From Ophelia neglecta (taxonomy: Eukaryota), in the NCBI GenBank assembly GCA_965285935.1, contig OZ260666.1, positions 47,120,001 to 47,184,000 of the forward strand: a DNA stretch of 64,000 bases. Reading direction: 5' to 3'. The notes below the pieces were generated by a model, which was not told the DNA's origin, did not search any database, and saw nothing but the letters and a program-made list of their open reading frames with translations. Positions 27,563-40,900 of the stretch are shown here, piece by piece. Both the position numbers and the translations under genes were made by a program. Positions within the stretch are counted from its first letter, which is position 1. Every line of letters starts with the position of its first letter.

Positions 27563-30500
27563 TTTGGTCGGCTGTCAGGGGTGGGGGTGGGGCTGAGAAT
27601 TAAATGGCAGGTTAAAAGTGCACTCAAATGCAATATTTTACCATTTGATGTGCATGTGATCCATTTGCAAATATAAATTGTGATTGATTTGCATATTGTT
27701 AATTATTGCGAATGCCTTATGTAGAACATGATAACAATATGCTTGACTATAATAATGAAAGAAATTAAAAAAACATGTACATTGACAGTGTGTACAAGAT
27801 TGTTATTGACACAATACGAAAGGTTGTCTGTATGAAATTAAAGACCATCGGAGTGGTAAAGGATTGCCGGCTCTTATCACATTGTTGTTAAATTAACATC
27901 CTCCACCCGTAGCATAAAACTAGCATGAAATAATAGTGTAATCAACCTGTAAAGGAATTGTATATGATCTGATATTGCTAAAACTAAAACTATTATTTGC
28001 CAGCAACTAAATCTACATTGCAGTGGGAACAGAAAAGCATACTATTTTTGTATATTTTTTTTCAAGTAGGTCTTTGGCCATTATCCTTGTACATGTTCTA
28101 ATCACAATGTACATGTATCAGTGTTTGTACATGTTGTGTATAAAAAGTGCACTGACCCTGATTACAAGTTCATTGTACTCATGTATTACATCTGTTAACA
28201 CTGTTTTACACTGTATGCTCAATATCTTGGAACCTACATTTATGAGGTTCACACAATATTGACATACTTTAAACAGTAATTCATAAAAGTCAGGCGAAGG
28301 TATGTGTGATAGCAGGATTTTTTTTATCATTTAATTATATAACCCCATAATTGATTAAACTTCGAGTTCATACCCTTTATAAAATGTAAAACATGAAATG
28401 TTTCTGATTATTTTAAGTTTTTAACACAATTTAAAGACGGTAAATTGTTTAACAAAGAGGATGAAACAATTAATCAAATTTGTTGTCCCTACATATTATT
28501 TCTTGTTTTGTATCTTTATAAAGAAGTCAGTAAATTCACCAGGGTTATGTTTCATATCTCACTTTATTTAGAAAATTTATGCCGAAAATTCGACACTTAT
28601 ACCCTGATGTTTTGTTTTATTTTAATGTCACTTTATTAATGATAATATAAATTGTTTATTGACCAAGGACATGAATATGATATTATATACACCTCCAACA
28701 AGTACATGTAAGTAGGCACCAACATTAAAATATTACACCAATATAACAATCCATAATTCATTTTACAATAACCTAGGGTCAACAGGGTTTTTGATCCCTA
28801 GTAGGGCATGTACCCTCGTAATACATACTTTCAAATAATACTTTATAGTTAAACAAAGTGTCCGGTAATAAAATAATCATATGATAGACAGTTCGGAATG
28901 AAGCTAGGCAAAGCAATACCATGAAACACAAAATTTCAAATAAATACCCCTCTAAATTTAACTGTTTTTGTCTCAAATGACATTTTACAAAAAGGAACAA
29001 TTTTGGCTTTCTGTCTTGTATAATATGTATGGACATCTGATTTAAGAGTAAACATGCCATCAAAAACTGAAAAATGCCCTTATGGAATTTCAACATAAAA
29101 ACAAGGACACATTTTAAATAAATCTTTGCTGAAGGGAGTATTTTAAGTTGGTCAGTGCAGCCAGCTGTGTGAGCATTATACCCTGCATGGGAGTCTCACT
29201 GCTTGTTCTGGAGGTTTAATAGTGAAGCTTAAACAGAGACAGAGCCCAATGCCTCTGTACAATGGGTCTGGTATGGATATGCATGAAAGTAATATAATTT
29301 GAGAATGATTGATAAAGTCTTTCGACATTTATTCAAGATGACTATACCTTTAACACTTTAGATTTAAAACAAGTTGAGATGCCCCGTCCACTTAACCATC
29401 TAAATATAAAATTACACCTAGGAACTTTCTTGAATACACTCGTTCCAAACACTCGCCTTTAATACACAAATTTCTAGAAGTAACACTGTGTTTGTTATCA
29501 TAACAAAATACCATATACCAAGTTTTTTTTCACATTGAGGGAAAGCTTATTAACCTGTATTTCCTTGCATTTAAACATGTATTTAGCACATATAGATATA
29601 TTGCCAGGCAGAGTGTAGCAATGTGGTGCACCAAAAACTGCACAAAGGCAGCCAGTTATCCACATAGCAGTACATGCATTAGTATGCCAACCCAATACAT
29701 TATGCAGTGAAATCCAATATGGCTGCTTGACTGGTCCAACACTGTACACACAGAACCTGAAGCACCACATACACAGTCATGGGTAACATTGCAGGCAGGC
29801 AGCGTGGAGTCTAGGCCCACATAGTGTTCAAGACACACAAGGCCAACCAGGGTTGTGTCTGCATACATAAACAGAAATACTTTCAACTCCATCATGCTTA
29901 CTGAACAAAGTGACTACCTCATACTAGTATTATGTCAAAGGGGTGACCTGAAGCTGCTAGGGAGGCCCCAGTATCTCCTATCATTAAACAATGATATAGG
30001 GTACTTGTGTACATGTAAGGTCAACCACCAGAGTCTAGATGTCTCTTTGATTGTTACTCTCTTTTTATTTTCTGGCAATGTTAATAAAAACAAAAGGACC
30101 AAATATTTGAACCCTTGCTATTCAATTTAAACAGTAGAATAAAAATGCATCATTAGGTTTGGTATAGCTAGTAAATAGATGACATGAAAGTCTTGACAGA
30201 ATATGTTAAACATCAGCTGTTATTTCATTGCATATTACAGGAGCATGAGCTAAGCATTTGTGCTTAACTATGCATAACCAAAGTACTAATTTAAAACTAT
30301 ATTTCAAATTAATAGTGTAATACAATAAAAATACAATATTGGTTATTTCATGAAAATGTAGGGGGAGCTAGAAATAATAATGGAATGGGAAATGAGAATG
30401 AGGACATTTAGTTTATGCAGACTACATGGGGCTCAATTAAATAATTATAGGTGCATTACTATTTCACCCACTAGCGTCTTGGCCTTCGGGTATTTTAAAA

Positions 30501-31948
30501 TAAATACACTTGCTTTAAATAAAGCAAATCTAAGAAAACACAGTAAGAAACATTTTTATGTTTAAATTTAGTATATTATTCATGTACATATATAAGCAGT
30601 AAAAAGATGGACCTTAAAGGTCCCTGTACCCTGAGTAATTATTAAAGCTGTCTTTGTCTGACCCTACTCCAAGCCCTGGTATCATATATATTTCCTGTGA
30701 TATTTTTATATCTTATATTTACACCTACTGTTTGTTTGATGTAGGAATTTCAAATCCTCGGGCATCAATTCATTGAGGTACGGTATGTCTTTCGCAAAAC
30801 AATTCACAAATCTATGGTGTGTTGTGTATGGCTTTATGCAAAGACCCAGCCTGTATGTAATAATTTATATTCATTAATTAACTAAATGTTGATATTTGTT
30901 GGCTGCCCTTTCTTTAAATTGTAACTGTACAAGTAGTCTGGTTATTGAAATCGTAGTTTTTAGTTAAGTTTATTGTTTCAAAAGCATGGTTTTTGTGCTA
31001 ACACACTCTAGGAACCAACAGCACATTATTTATTGATGATAAAATACCCACAGAAAACATTAAACAATATATGTTTGAAATATTTTCTTGACTGCATTGG
31101 GTCCACCACAATGCCATGATGTATTTGCTCCTAATTGTTTGACGATGACAAGTTTTAAACACTCTAGATACATTTTTAATATAAGGTTTTGTTCTAGGCA
31201 AATACTATGTACCTCAATCTATAAACACAACTCAGTATAGTTCATAGATGTACACATGCATTTCTAAGAAACATCAGTTTTATACAACATGTTTAAGAGT
31301 ATAACAATTAAGGAGTGTACTAGTATGTGTAGCAGCGCATGTTGCAATGTGTCGAGAGTAAATAGGATGACTTTGGTCTACTGTATATGTTGTAATAAGC
31401 ACTGAGAGCACTTAAATATTGATGTGGTATAATTATACTTAAATCATCCCAGAAAACTAATGGGAAGGGTAAAAATGGAGAGATTTTGAAACAAAAAAAG
31501 GAGGGTGGGCACTTATTACAAAGAATGCAGTAGTTGTTATGATAATTTAGTAAATATTTAACTTTTTTTTTACCTTTTAATGGATATTTATTTGCTATGG
31601 CAGTTCAAACAAGACTGCTGACACTAAGTAATCACAAATGAAGGAATAACTAATAAAGAGACTTTTACACATTCAATGACTAGACACTATGTATCATGTA
31701 TATACATGTACAAGTGTCAATATATTGATACTCTCAATAGTCCCACACTTTTTGCGAACAATAGTCAGCTTATGGGTTATCCAAATCGATTAGACGTTTC
31801 TTGATTTTTTAATGATGCAGTAATTCTTTTTATTTCTTAAGGACATTTAAAAACCTATAAAGATTGTATCTCTACCCACTATTCATTTGATCAGCAGGCC
31901 CTACAATTTTCATATTTAAGTTTCTTAAAGTTTGTATTTATATTTTAG

Positions 31949-34900
31949 CGGGGATGACGCTGAGAATGGAGAAGTAGTAGTGGCTCCTGATCCCAAACCT
32001 CCAGACTTACCTACTCTTGGGGACACAAATGCCCCCATGGAGAAACCCACCATGGAACCAAGCAAAAGCAGCAGCAAGTTTGTGATGATCCCAATTCCCA
32101 GGTCAGTGCAGGTCGCTGCATCCAAAGCTCCTCCAAAGGTGTCTACCGTTGGAACATTCACTAGACAAAAAGCTCTTCTGGAGAGCCTGAAACATCAAAT
32201 CAGAAAAAGTTCTCAGGAGAAAACTATTCAGAAAGTAGCGACAAAGCCGGAGCCAAGAAATAAAGGACGATTTGGTATAAAGTTTCAAATAAAGACTCGC
32301 CTTTTAAGCAACCCTCTTGTGAATTACAGTGATGAGGATTCCACTCCTAATGAGGAGGAGGAGGATAAGAATGGAAAAACAGAGAACAAAAACACTTGTA
32401 AAAAAGTCTCTGATGATGTGCCTCCACCACCACCACCACCAACAGTTAGTAAAACACTGAGTGTGACATTAAACAAACTGAACATTGAAACTACAGCCAA
32501 GTATGTTAGTGAAATTAGGTCAGATGTGAAAAAACATTCTTCTGGGCATTCAATTGAGGAACAAAAAGTGCAGTGTTCAAAAATGCAACTGGACAGTTCC
32601 TTAGAAGTAAAAGATCCACAGAAACCTGATTCCAGGCCATCAAAAACAAAAATATTGCATGGACCTTCAAGTAAGACTGTAGCGGAGAAGTCTCAATCTG
32701 AGGTAAATGACACAAGTGAAAGCAGCAGCTCAAGTGACAGTGGTAGTAGCAGTGACAGTGGTAGTGGTTCCAGTAGTAGTGATAGTGCAGAAGAATCTGA
32801 ACAATTACTGCTAGATAATCAGTCTGTGAACACAGTTCCTTTAAAAGAAAATAGTGAAGATAAAAAACAGTCAGTAATTCAGTCTGGCATTGCAGCAGTG
32901 GTGTGTCCCAGTTTGTATGTGAAACCAGTGGTCACGCCTGGTCCCAGTTCCAGCACAAGTGATGTCTCAAAGATCTGTACTCCTACTCACTCCACCCCCC
33001 TTCATTGTGGCATTAGCACACATACTACAGATTCCTTGATAGGTAATCAGAAAGTTGAAACAGACATAAAAAAAACTGGTGAGGATAAAGAACTGGGGAC
33101 AAAGAAGCAACATTCGAAAGATAAAACTGCTGAGGATTGCACACAGGATAATTTGTCTGTTGGTTCCAGGAATGAAGTTAAGTCTAGAGATGTTTCTGTC
33201 AGAACATGTTCCCAGGAGAGGCAGGATCGTGTCAGAGACAGAGACAAGGGCAGCTCCAGAGAGCGAGACAGATCACGTGAGAGAGACAGAAGGCGGAGAA
33301 CGCACGACGGTGATGGGGATGACCACAACCGACATCGTGAACGAGATAGGGACAGGGATGAGAAGGAGAGACGAAGACGTCGCTACTCACCTGACTACCA
33401 CCACAGAGACCGGGACAGGTACGACCGTTATGACCGAGATCGCAGGAGGTCTCGAAGGTCAAGATCTCCAGAAAGACGACGCTCCCGGTCCATGGATCGC
33501 AAAAGATCAAGAAGCCCAGACAAGAGGCGGTCGCGAAGTCCTGAGTGGTCCAGGAGATCAAAATCACTAGAGAGACGTCGCTCCCGTTCTCCACGCAGGT
33601 CCGGTTCTCAAGACCATGACAGGTATAGTCGAGACAGAGGGAGCGATAGGCATGATCGCTGGAAAAAAAGATCAGACAGTCGAGACCAAGACAGGAAGCG
33701 TTATCGCCAGGGGGATGACAGACGTGATAAAGATAGAACCAGCCGAGATATTCCACCAAAGGTGGAGGATTTTGATTTGAACAACATCCCTCTGCCTGAT
33801 AGTTTTCCACCTTCTGGCCCAGCTTATGAGGAGCCTGCCAAACTGCCTCCCTCCATTCCTCCTGCGAACAGTCTTTTACAGTTGACTGGTGAAGAAACAC
33901 ATGTTTTACCAAATGAAGGAGTCCTGCCACCTCCTAAAGAAACTTCCGAGGAGAAAGGCAAAAGAGACAGCCTATCAGACCAGGGCAGTGCTGATATGGA
34001 GATGGATGATTCGGAAAATGAAATAGAAACTCCTATTGATGTAGTGCAAGGTCTGCATTCCATTCCTAATAGTACTCCAAGACCAAAGACACCTGAAAAA
34101 ATAATAGTGCCATCACGTCCAACACCCAGTAGAATTGGTTTTTCAATGACACCAAATGCAAGTCCTAAGATTGCCTTCTCAATGAAAACCAAGAAAGTCA
34201 CAAAATTGTCACATGTTTTTGATGATGATGAGGACTCGAATGATAAGCCAATTACAAAAGATTCACCCCTCACTGCCAAAAAGAAACAGGATGACACTAA
34301 GCCTGCACTGACAATCCACAAAGACAGTGATGATAAGTCTCCTATAAATTCAACAAAGAGAATAGATCTTCAAGCCATCGCAGTATTAGGAGATAGTTTT
34401 AAGAACAGGGAGAAACTACCTGCCTTTGGCAAGATTGGTCCACCACCAATGCCTGTGTCGCCCCCTAGAATACAGCGTGTGGTGACATCTACCTCATCAA
34501 CTGTAGAAACAGTACCAACATTGATAAACTCACCTCCCAAACCACCAATGGCACCGGAGAAAGAAAGGAAAATTGAGGTAATCTTCTCATCCCAGCAGCC
34601 TGTGAAACAGCCTGAGCCTATCGTGCACCCATTGTCTATTTTTGGTAGTTTTGGTCAGCAGCCAATCAGTGTGATTGGTGGATCAGTGTCCTGCATCCCT
34701 GTCCCTCCCATGCCACCTGGAAAGGAGGAACAACCAATCCAACTGGTGTCACCCACTCGCAGTAATAAATCTGAAGTTATTCCTGTCAGACCTAGAACAA
34801 TTGAAAGCATTCATGCCAGCCACACAGCCCCAGTAGTGTCCCTCACAGAACAGCCTTCTGCCCCTGAACAAACTGCAGAGCTATTAGAGCATAATACACC

Positions 34901-37900
34901 CGTGGTGCCTCTGACGACTACCATTTCGCCACCTAAGAAGAGGAAACGAGCAAGTCGGTTTAGCGATTTGCTGCCAGAACCAGCTGCTGAAGCACAGACT
35001 GGTTCTAAATTGACTGCTGTCCCTCTGCAGGAGCCTGCTGTCATCAGCTACCCGAGAGAGCTGTACTCCCAACAGGGACTAGCTCCTCAGGCAGATCAAG
35101 ACTCACCATGGACAAGTCACCAGCTGCCACCTCCTCCTCCCCAAACAGCTAACTTTGTACAGCCAGTGGAGCTCAAACCACCTCAGGAAACAGGGACTTG
35201 TCCGATAACAGTGTCTCAAGGCCTTCTTAGTAATCTATCTGCAGAAGGTGATCAGAACAGACCAAAGAGTGAGTCGGTGCCTCAGGTGGAAGACATAAGC
35301 GTGTCTGACCTACAAGCTGACCCAGTGACAACTACCTCTGTTTGGTCTAAAGCTCCTGCTCAGTCAGAAGAGTACAACCATTGTGAACCCAGGAAGGAAT
35401 ACCGACAAGAGAAGAGTAACATGGAAGAAACTGAAAATGTTATGTCTGTTGAAGCTAAATCAGAACCTTTAGTCATGACATATGAACAGTTTCTCAAAGA
35501 ACAAACTCGTACTTATGGGACTAGTGAAGGTGTTGATTCTGAACCTGAGGATAGCAACCATGCCATGGACAGAAGCACTGGCTCCTCCTTCTGTAGTTCC
35601 GAAGCACGTGCCGAGTATGGTGAAGAAGATGACTCTAGGTCAGGTAGTGAACGTGTAGCCGGCGAGCTGGAAGGAGAGGAGATGCGGGGAGAGGAGAGCA
35701 GAACCCCTGGGAAAAGTGGGCGCATGAGGCGTACTTCTCTAAAATCTGGCCAAGATCTCTCTGAGGACCAGGAGAGTGCAGCCAGCAGACGACGGAGCAG
35801 CCGACTGCGCAGTCTGGATCAACGTAAACAGAAAGAGAAAGAAGACCAAGAGAGGAAAGAAAGGGTGGAGAGATTGATACGAGAGAAAGAAGATGAGAGA
35901 CTACGCCCTTTAGTGAGTGATGTATGTCCCATTCAAGTAAATGAAGGGGAGAAAAGAAAAAGAGGTAGACCGCCCAAAGACAAGGCTTCTGATATCACCA
36001 AACCAACCACAACAGATCTATTGCCCCCTCTCCAGCCAGTCACAGATATTAAACCCCTGACTGGTCAGTCTCCTGCCTCTTCGACCAAGTCAGAGTTTTC
36101 TTCACCTGAGAGTAAAGACTTTGGTGCCTCTCCTCGACCAGAGAAAGTAAAATCTCGGTGGCGTCGGTGGAGTGAGATGGAAGCGGTCCAAGCCGAATAC
36201 CAGCCAGCCCCCTACTCAAATGTGTCGGCCCCTCCTCTTCAAAACATTGTTGACATAGATTCAGACACCAGTCCTGCTGCATTAATGCCACCACCTCCTA
36301 TGACCGTACTGCCAGTGGTTAAGGAATTAGACCCACCCAGTGGATCCCATGCCATTGAAGATGTCAAAGATGCATCATATGCAGAAATTTTACCTGCTGA
36401 AGTAATATGTGGCTCTCCAGTGAAAGTGGAACCCAAAGAGAAAGTTGAAATACTGCCAGAAGAAATTACTCGGTCCGAGGAAGCCATTCAACCTGAAGAA
36501 ACCACTCAACCAAAAGAAGTCCCTCAGCCAGAAGAAATTACTCCAGCGGAAGAAGTCACTCTTCCTGTAGAAGAACCTGCAGAGGAAGATTTAGAACCCC
36601 CATTCTTTGAAAAGATTTCAGAAAATTTATATCTCTCTGAGAGGTCAGTACAAAACATTATTACTCGAAAAATAATTTTATGTAATAAAAAAGATATGGA
36701 TTGTTTCTACAAATATAATGTTATTCATTTTGTATCTTATTCATTCTTAGTTATGTAAGTAAATCCAAAGCCAAAAAGGAAGCTCGTCGTATGGTGTGTG
36801 ATTGTACTATGCCTACCCGTGAAGACGCCATGCTGGGTATGAGGCCATGTGGAGACGACTGTCTTAACAGGATGCTCCTTATTGAATGGTGAGTAGAACA
36901 CAAAGTTTTGAAAGAAGCTAACACCATTGTAGTATAAATGCAGTGTACAAATTCTGCTGGATCATTTAAACCAGAAAGAACGTTTGAGGTGTTGCAAACA
37001 CCACAGTTATTTATACCGAAACAATGGAGGACCCACAAGTTTGGAAAATGTAAACTAAATTACATTAAAAGGAACAGAATTCATTCGCTTTTACTATTTT
37101 GTTTACTATTTTGTTTTCTGCCCTATGATATTCTACAGAGAAATTATTATATTTCAGTGGTTCTCGCTGTGCTTGTGGCGATGCCTGCACCAATAAAAGA
37201 TACCAAAAGGTGAGAATGATTTGCTATGAAATCATTATCATATGCATGTCGTGGTCCAAAATACACCACTCACTTTGATGAGCTGGTCATTTTTTTATCA
37301 TTCTTGGTTCAGTAATTTGTGACACTCATTTGATGTATCTTTTCCTCAGAGAAATTATGCCAGAACAGAGCCATTTCAGACGTCTTGGAAGGGTTGGGGC
37401 CTGAAAGCTGCTTCGAAAATCAAACAGTATGTTAACACTTAAACTAATGTGTTAAATCAGTAATTAATAAGTGTTGCCCTCATCATGCTAAAGTTTAATG
37501 AAGGTGTGCCTGCCTTAGGTCTCTTCAATCATCTGTCAACTATTTTTTTTCTTCTCTGAGAACATTATTTTAACAGCTTGAATGTGTGTATATTATCATA
37601 GACCAGTCTTGGAACATAGAAATGACAAACATTTCTTAAGAAACTTGCTTGTCAATTGCTCTTCTACTACATTGCATCTTCATAATTAAGCACTCAACTA
37701 AATCTGTGTAACTGTTATATTTGGACCCTCATCAAAATTCACATTTTCTTATTTCTTAATCTATGAGTGAGTGATCTTCAATTTACCGTTTATCACTTTT
37801 CAAGATCAAATTAAGAAAAGCAATTTCTAAGCCTTTACCGCAAAAGAGGCGCATCCTTTTTATTGTAAAAACTTGTAGGCAAAGAATCTGCTGAAGGCAT

Positions 37901-40900
37901 TTGACTTTTTGATCTCTATTTTATAGGACTACTGTTGGTCAGGCAAGGTATATAAATTGTGTAGTCTTTTATAAGGATTCCTGGTAGCAGTCCTATGTCA
38001 TAACTCTATTGGACTTATATACCTAGTCAGTTAGTGTTTTGTATTACGACGTGTTTTACAGGGGTGAGTTTGTGATGGAGTATGTAGGAGAGGTGTTAGG
38101 GTACAGGGAATTTAAGTCGCGTACTAAGCTGTATGCGCGAGAACTCCAGTCACATCACTACTTTATGGCTCTCAACGCCGATGAAGTGATCGATGCCACC
38201 CGTAAAGGAAACATCTCACGCTTCATCAACCACAGCTGTGCACCCAACTGTGAGACCCAAAAGGTAAAAACCACAATCGCTCCTTATCCCTGTGTTTAGT
38301 GGTAAAAAATGCAGGTTTATTTCAGAAGAGTGATTTCAGCTTTTCCAAGTACATGTATAAAATTAATATAGATATTTTGGTAGATGTGTCTTATTAGTTT
38401 TGTTTAAACTTTTTAAATTAATATTTAATAAATTTCACTTATCAAACTGAAAGGACATAAATCTTTTTTACTTTTGCTTTTTAACACCCAATGTATTTTT
38501 ACTGGTGCCGGTGTTTTCATGTGGCAGGTTTTAAATAATTGTAATTATCTTAAGAGGATACTGACATTTTTATGTTAAACAAAAAAACTGATGGGATCAA
38601 TAATATCAAAAATGTATTTGAATCTTCACTGGTCAGTGGTAATAAGTCATTATTTGATTATTTTATTAGATTCTCATGGCTGAACAACTGCCTTACTTAA
38701 ATGATTTTAAAAATATTCCCCCTCCCCCTCCCCTCCCTGTGTGCTATAAAAATGCCAGTTGAAGCCAGAAGCCTACATCTGTATTTTGGCTCCTTCGCCT
38801 AGGGTTCTTCCTTGTTCCTGATGGTTCGATCTTCTTGACACTCCTTTCAAACAACTGCCAACTGGCTTCAGCTTGAGAAAAATGTGGAAAATTAAGCATA
38901 GGCATATATGTTTGATTGGTAAGTTTTGAGTTAGTGTATTCACAAGAAATATAATGCATAGCACCACATATTAAACAAAATGGCTGGAGACACCCTGGAT
39001 TACAGCCCACCACATATAAAAATGGCTGTAATCCTAGGGGCTTGACCACTCTCAAATATTACTCCTCTCATATTAGTTAGCTCTCAGAATCACTAGTGCA
39101 GGTGATGGAGAGGTCTTTAAGGAGTGCAACAAAATTACATGGTCCACCTGATCCAAAAGACTTGTACAAACTCAAAGAATAGACTATACACTTGCTTGGA
39201 AGGTGTTGCTTCAGCTGTGTATTGATAATGGCATTCTAAAACTAGTAGATTAAGACTGATTACAGTTGCTGGTCCTGACTTACATCTGTAGAAGACCTAA
39301 TCATCTAGCCAAAAAAAGCAGTCCACCTAGAACAAAATCAGTGCACAAATGCTGTATAAGGAATACAGAGGGGAAACCCTTCAAGGTTGTTCCTACTTGA
39401 CAGTGCAAATGGTGCAATAAGAGAAATATAAGAAATTCATCAAGATCAAGTGACATCAGACAATGCCTTGAGGGACCATGGGAGGGGCATGTATATGATT
39501 TTTGCTATATCTAGAAGGCATCTTGATGATGTGCTGGTCATTCAGGGTTTGGCTGGGGTACTGAAATACAGTCCTTAAGCAGTTTTAGCAAGTGGTGTTG
39601 TCTTGAGGGAGCAATTACCAAAGTAATTATCATTGTGGCCATGTCATACCAATAATTTGGCCTTGTAAATTAAGGCTTACCTAAGTGGTTATGAGCAGGA
39701 CCAATTAATCAGAATTTGAAAGGGGGAAGGAGGCAAAAAAGTCAGTCAGATTTAGTTAGGGGGGGTAGCTAAATTTTCTAAAGTGTTTCTGAGGTACATT
39801 GAAATTGTGTTCAAACCCATTTCAAGGATAATACAGTACAATTAATAGTATTTGACATTGTTAGAGTCACTAGGGTTCAGCATTGTCCTGAGGCATGTGT
39901 ATTTCTAGAAGTCCAGAAAGAACTGCTAAAGTAGCAAAGATGTCATTTGTCTGCCCCTCCCCCTCCCCAAATCCTCCAACACCCTGTATATATCATCATT
40001 TTACCAGGTTTCTGTAAATTGTTCAGCCATGTTAGGAAAACTATAACACATAGATTGCTTATACTTTGCATGTTTCAATCTCAATTACTGTTGAGCAGAA
40101 TAAAAATTGAGTTTATTATTTGCAGTGGACTGTCAATGGTCAACTCCGCATTGGGTTTTTCACACTGAGAGACCTGAAGGACGGTGAAGAACTTACATTT
40201 GATTATCAGTTCGAACAATATGGGTAAGCTGCATGCTTAAATACCTGCTAATTAGTCTATCCTTCATTAGTACATGCAGGAACAAATATTAACATGAAAA
40301 AATTGTGCAAATCTTTCAAATTTAAATATCATATACAAGGATCCTATTTAAATAATGTGCTGAAATCTAGTTGCTGTCATTTGAGTGTTATTTCGTGGGC
40401 AAGTTTATAACTTGATGTTGTGATTGTAGCAAGGATGCCCAGAAGTGTTTTTGTGGCGCAGAGAACTGTCGAGGCACCATTGGAACTTCCAAAACTACAC
40501 GTCCGAAATCAGTGGAGAGAACTCCCACAAAATCTGACAGAAAGAAGAGAATGTTTGATGATATTAGTGTAAGTCCTTTGACATATCACCACATGTCAGA
40601 ACCTTGCATTTTAACCAATAATTTATTCACCTAGCTATTGCAAGCTCTTAATGTTTACCTTATAATCCCAAATTCACCAAAGACTCAAAAATGTTTCCAG
40701 GCATATTAGGAAATAAGTAGGGAATAGCATAATTTAATGATAAAATTATGTGTGTAAAATTAAGTTAAAATAACTGGGCTGGATGAGCTGAAAGGGAATG
40801 TATGGAATGTACACATTAATGTACATTACATACAAGTTTATTTGTGGAAATGCTGTTGACAACCTCTTGCCAGTCTCAGCCTGAGTGCCCACCTTTTAAA

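Noticed and set aside
31925-37038. Many antisense and alternative-frame ORFs over the SETD2 giant exon (e.g. 33232-33930, 33824-34321)
   Set aside because: Expected shadows of a long low-complexity coding exon; no independent motifs or splice signals.
38744-39620. Reverse-transcriptase relic in a SETD2 intron (HLDDVLVI resembles YxDD)
   Set aside because: No other RT motifs and frames are short and broken. Possibly an old repeat, but not supportable.
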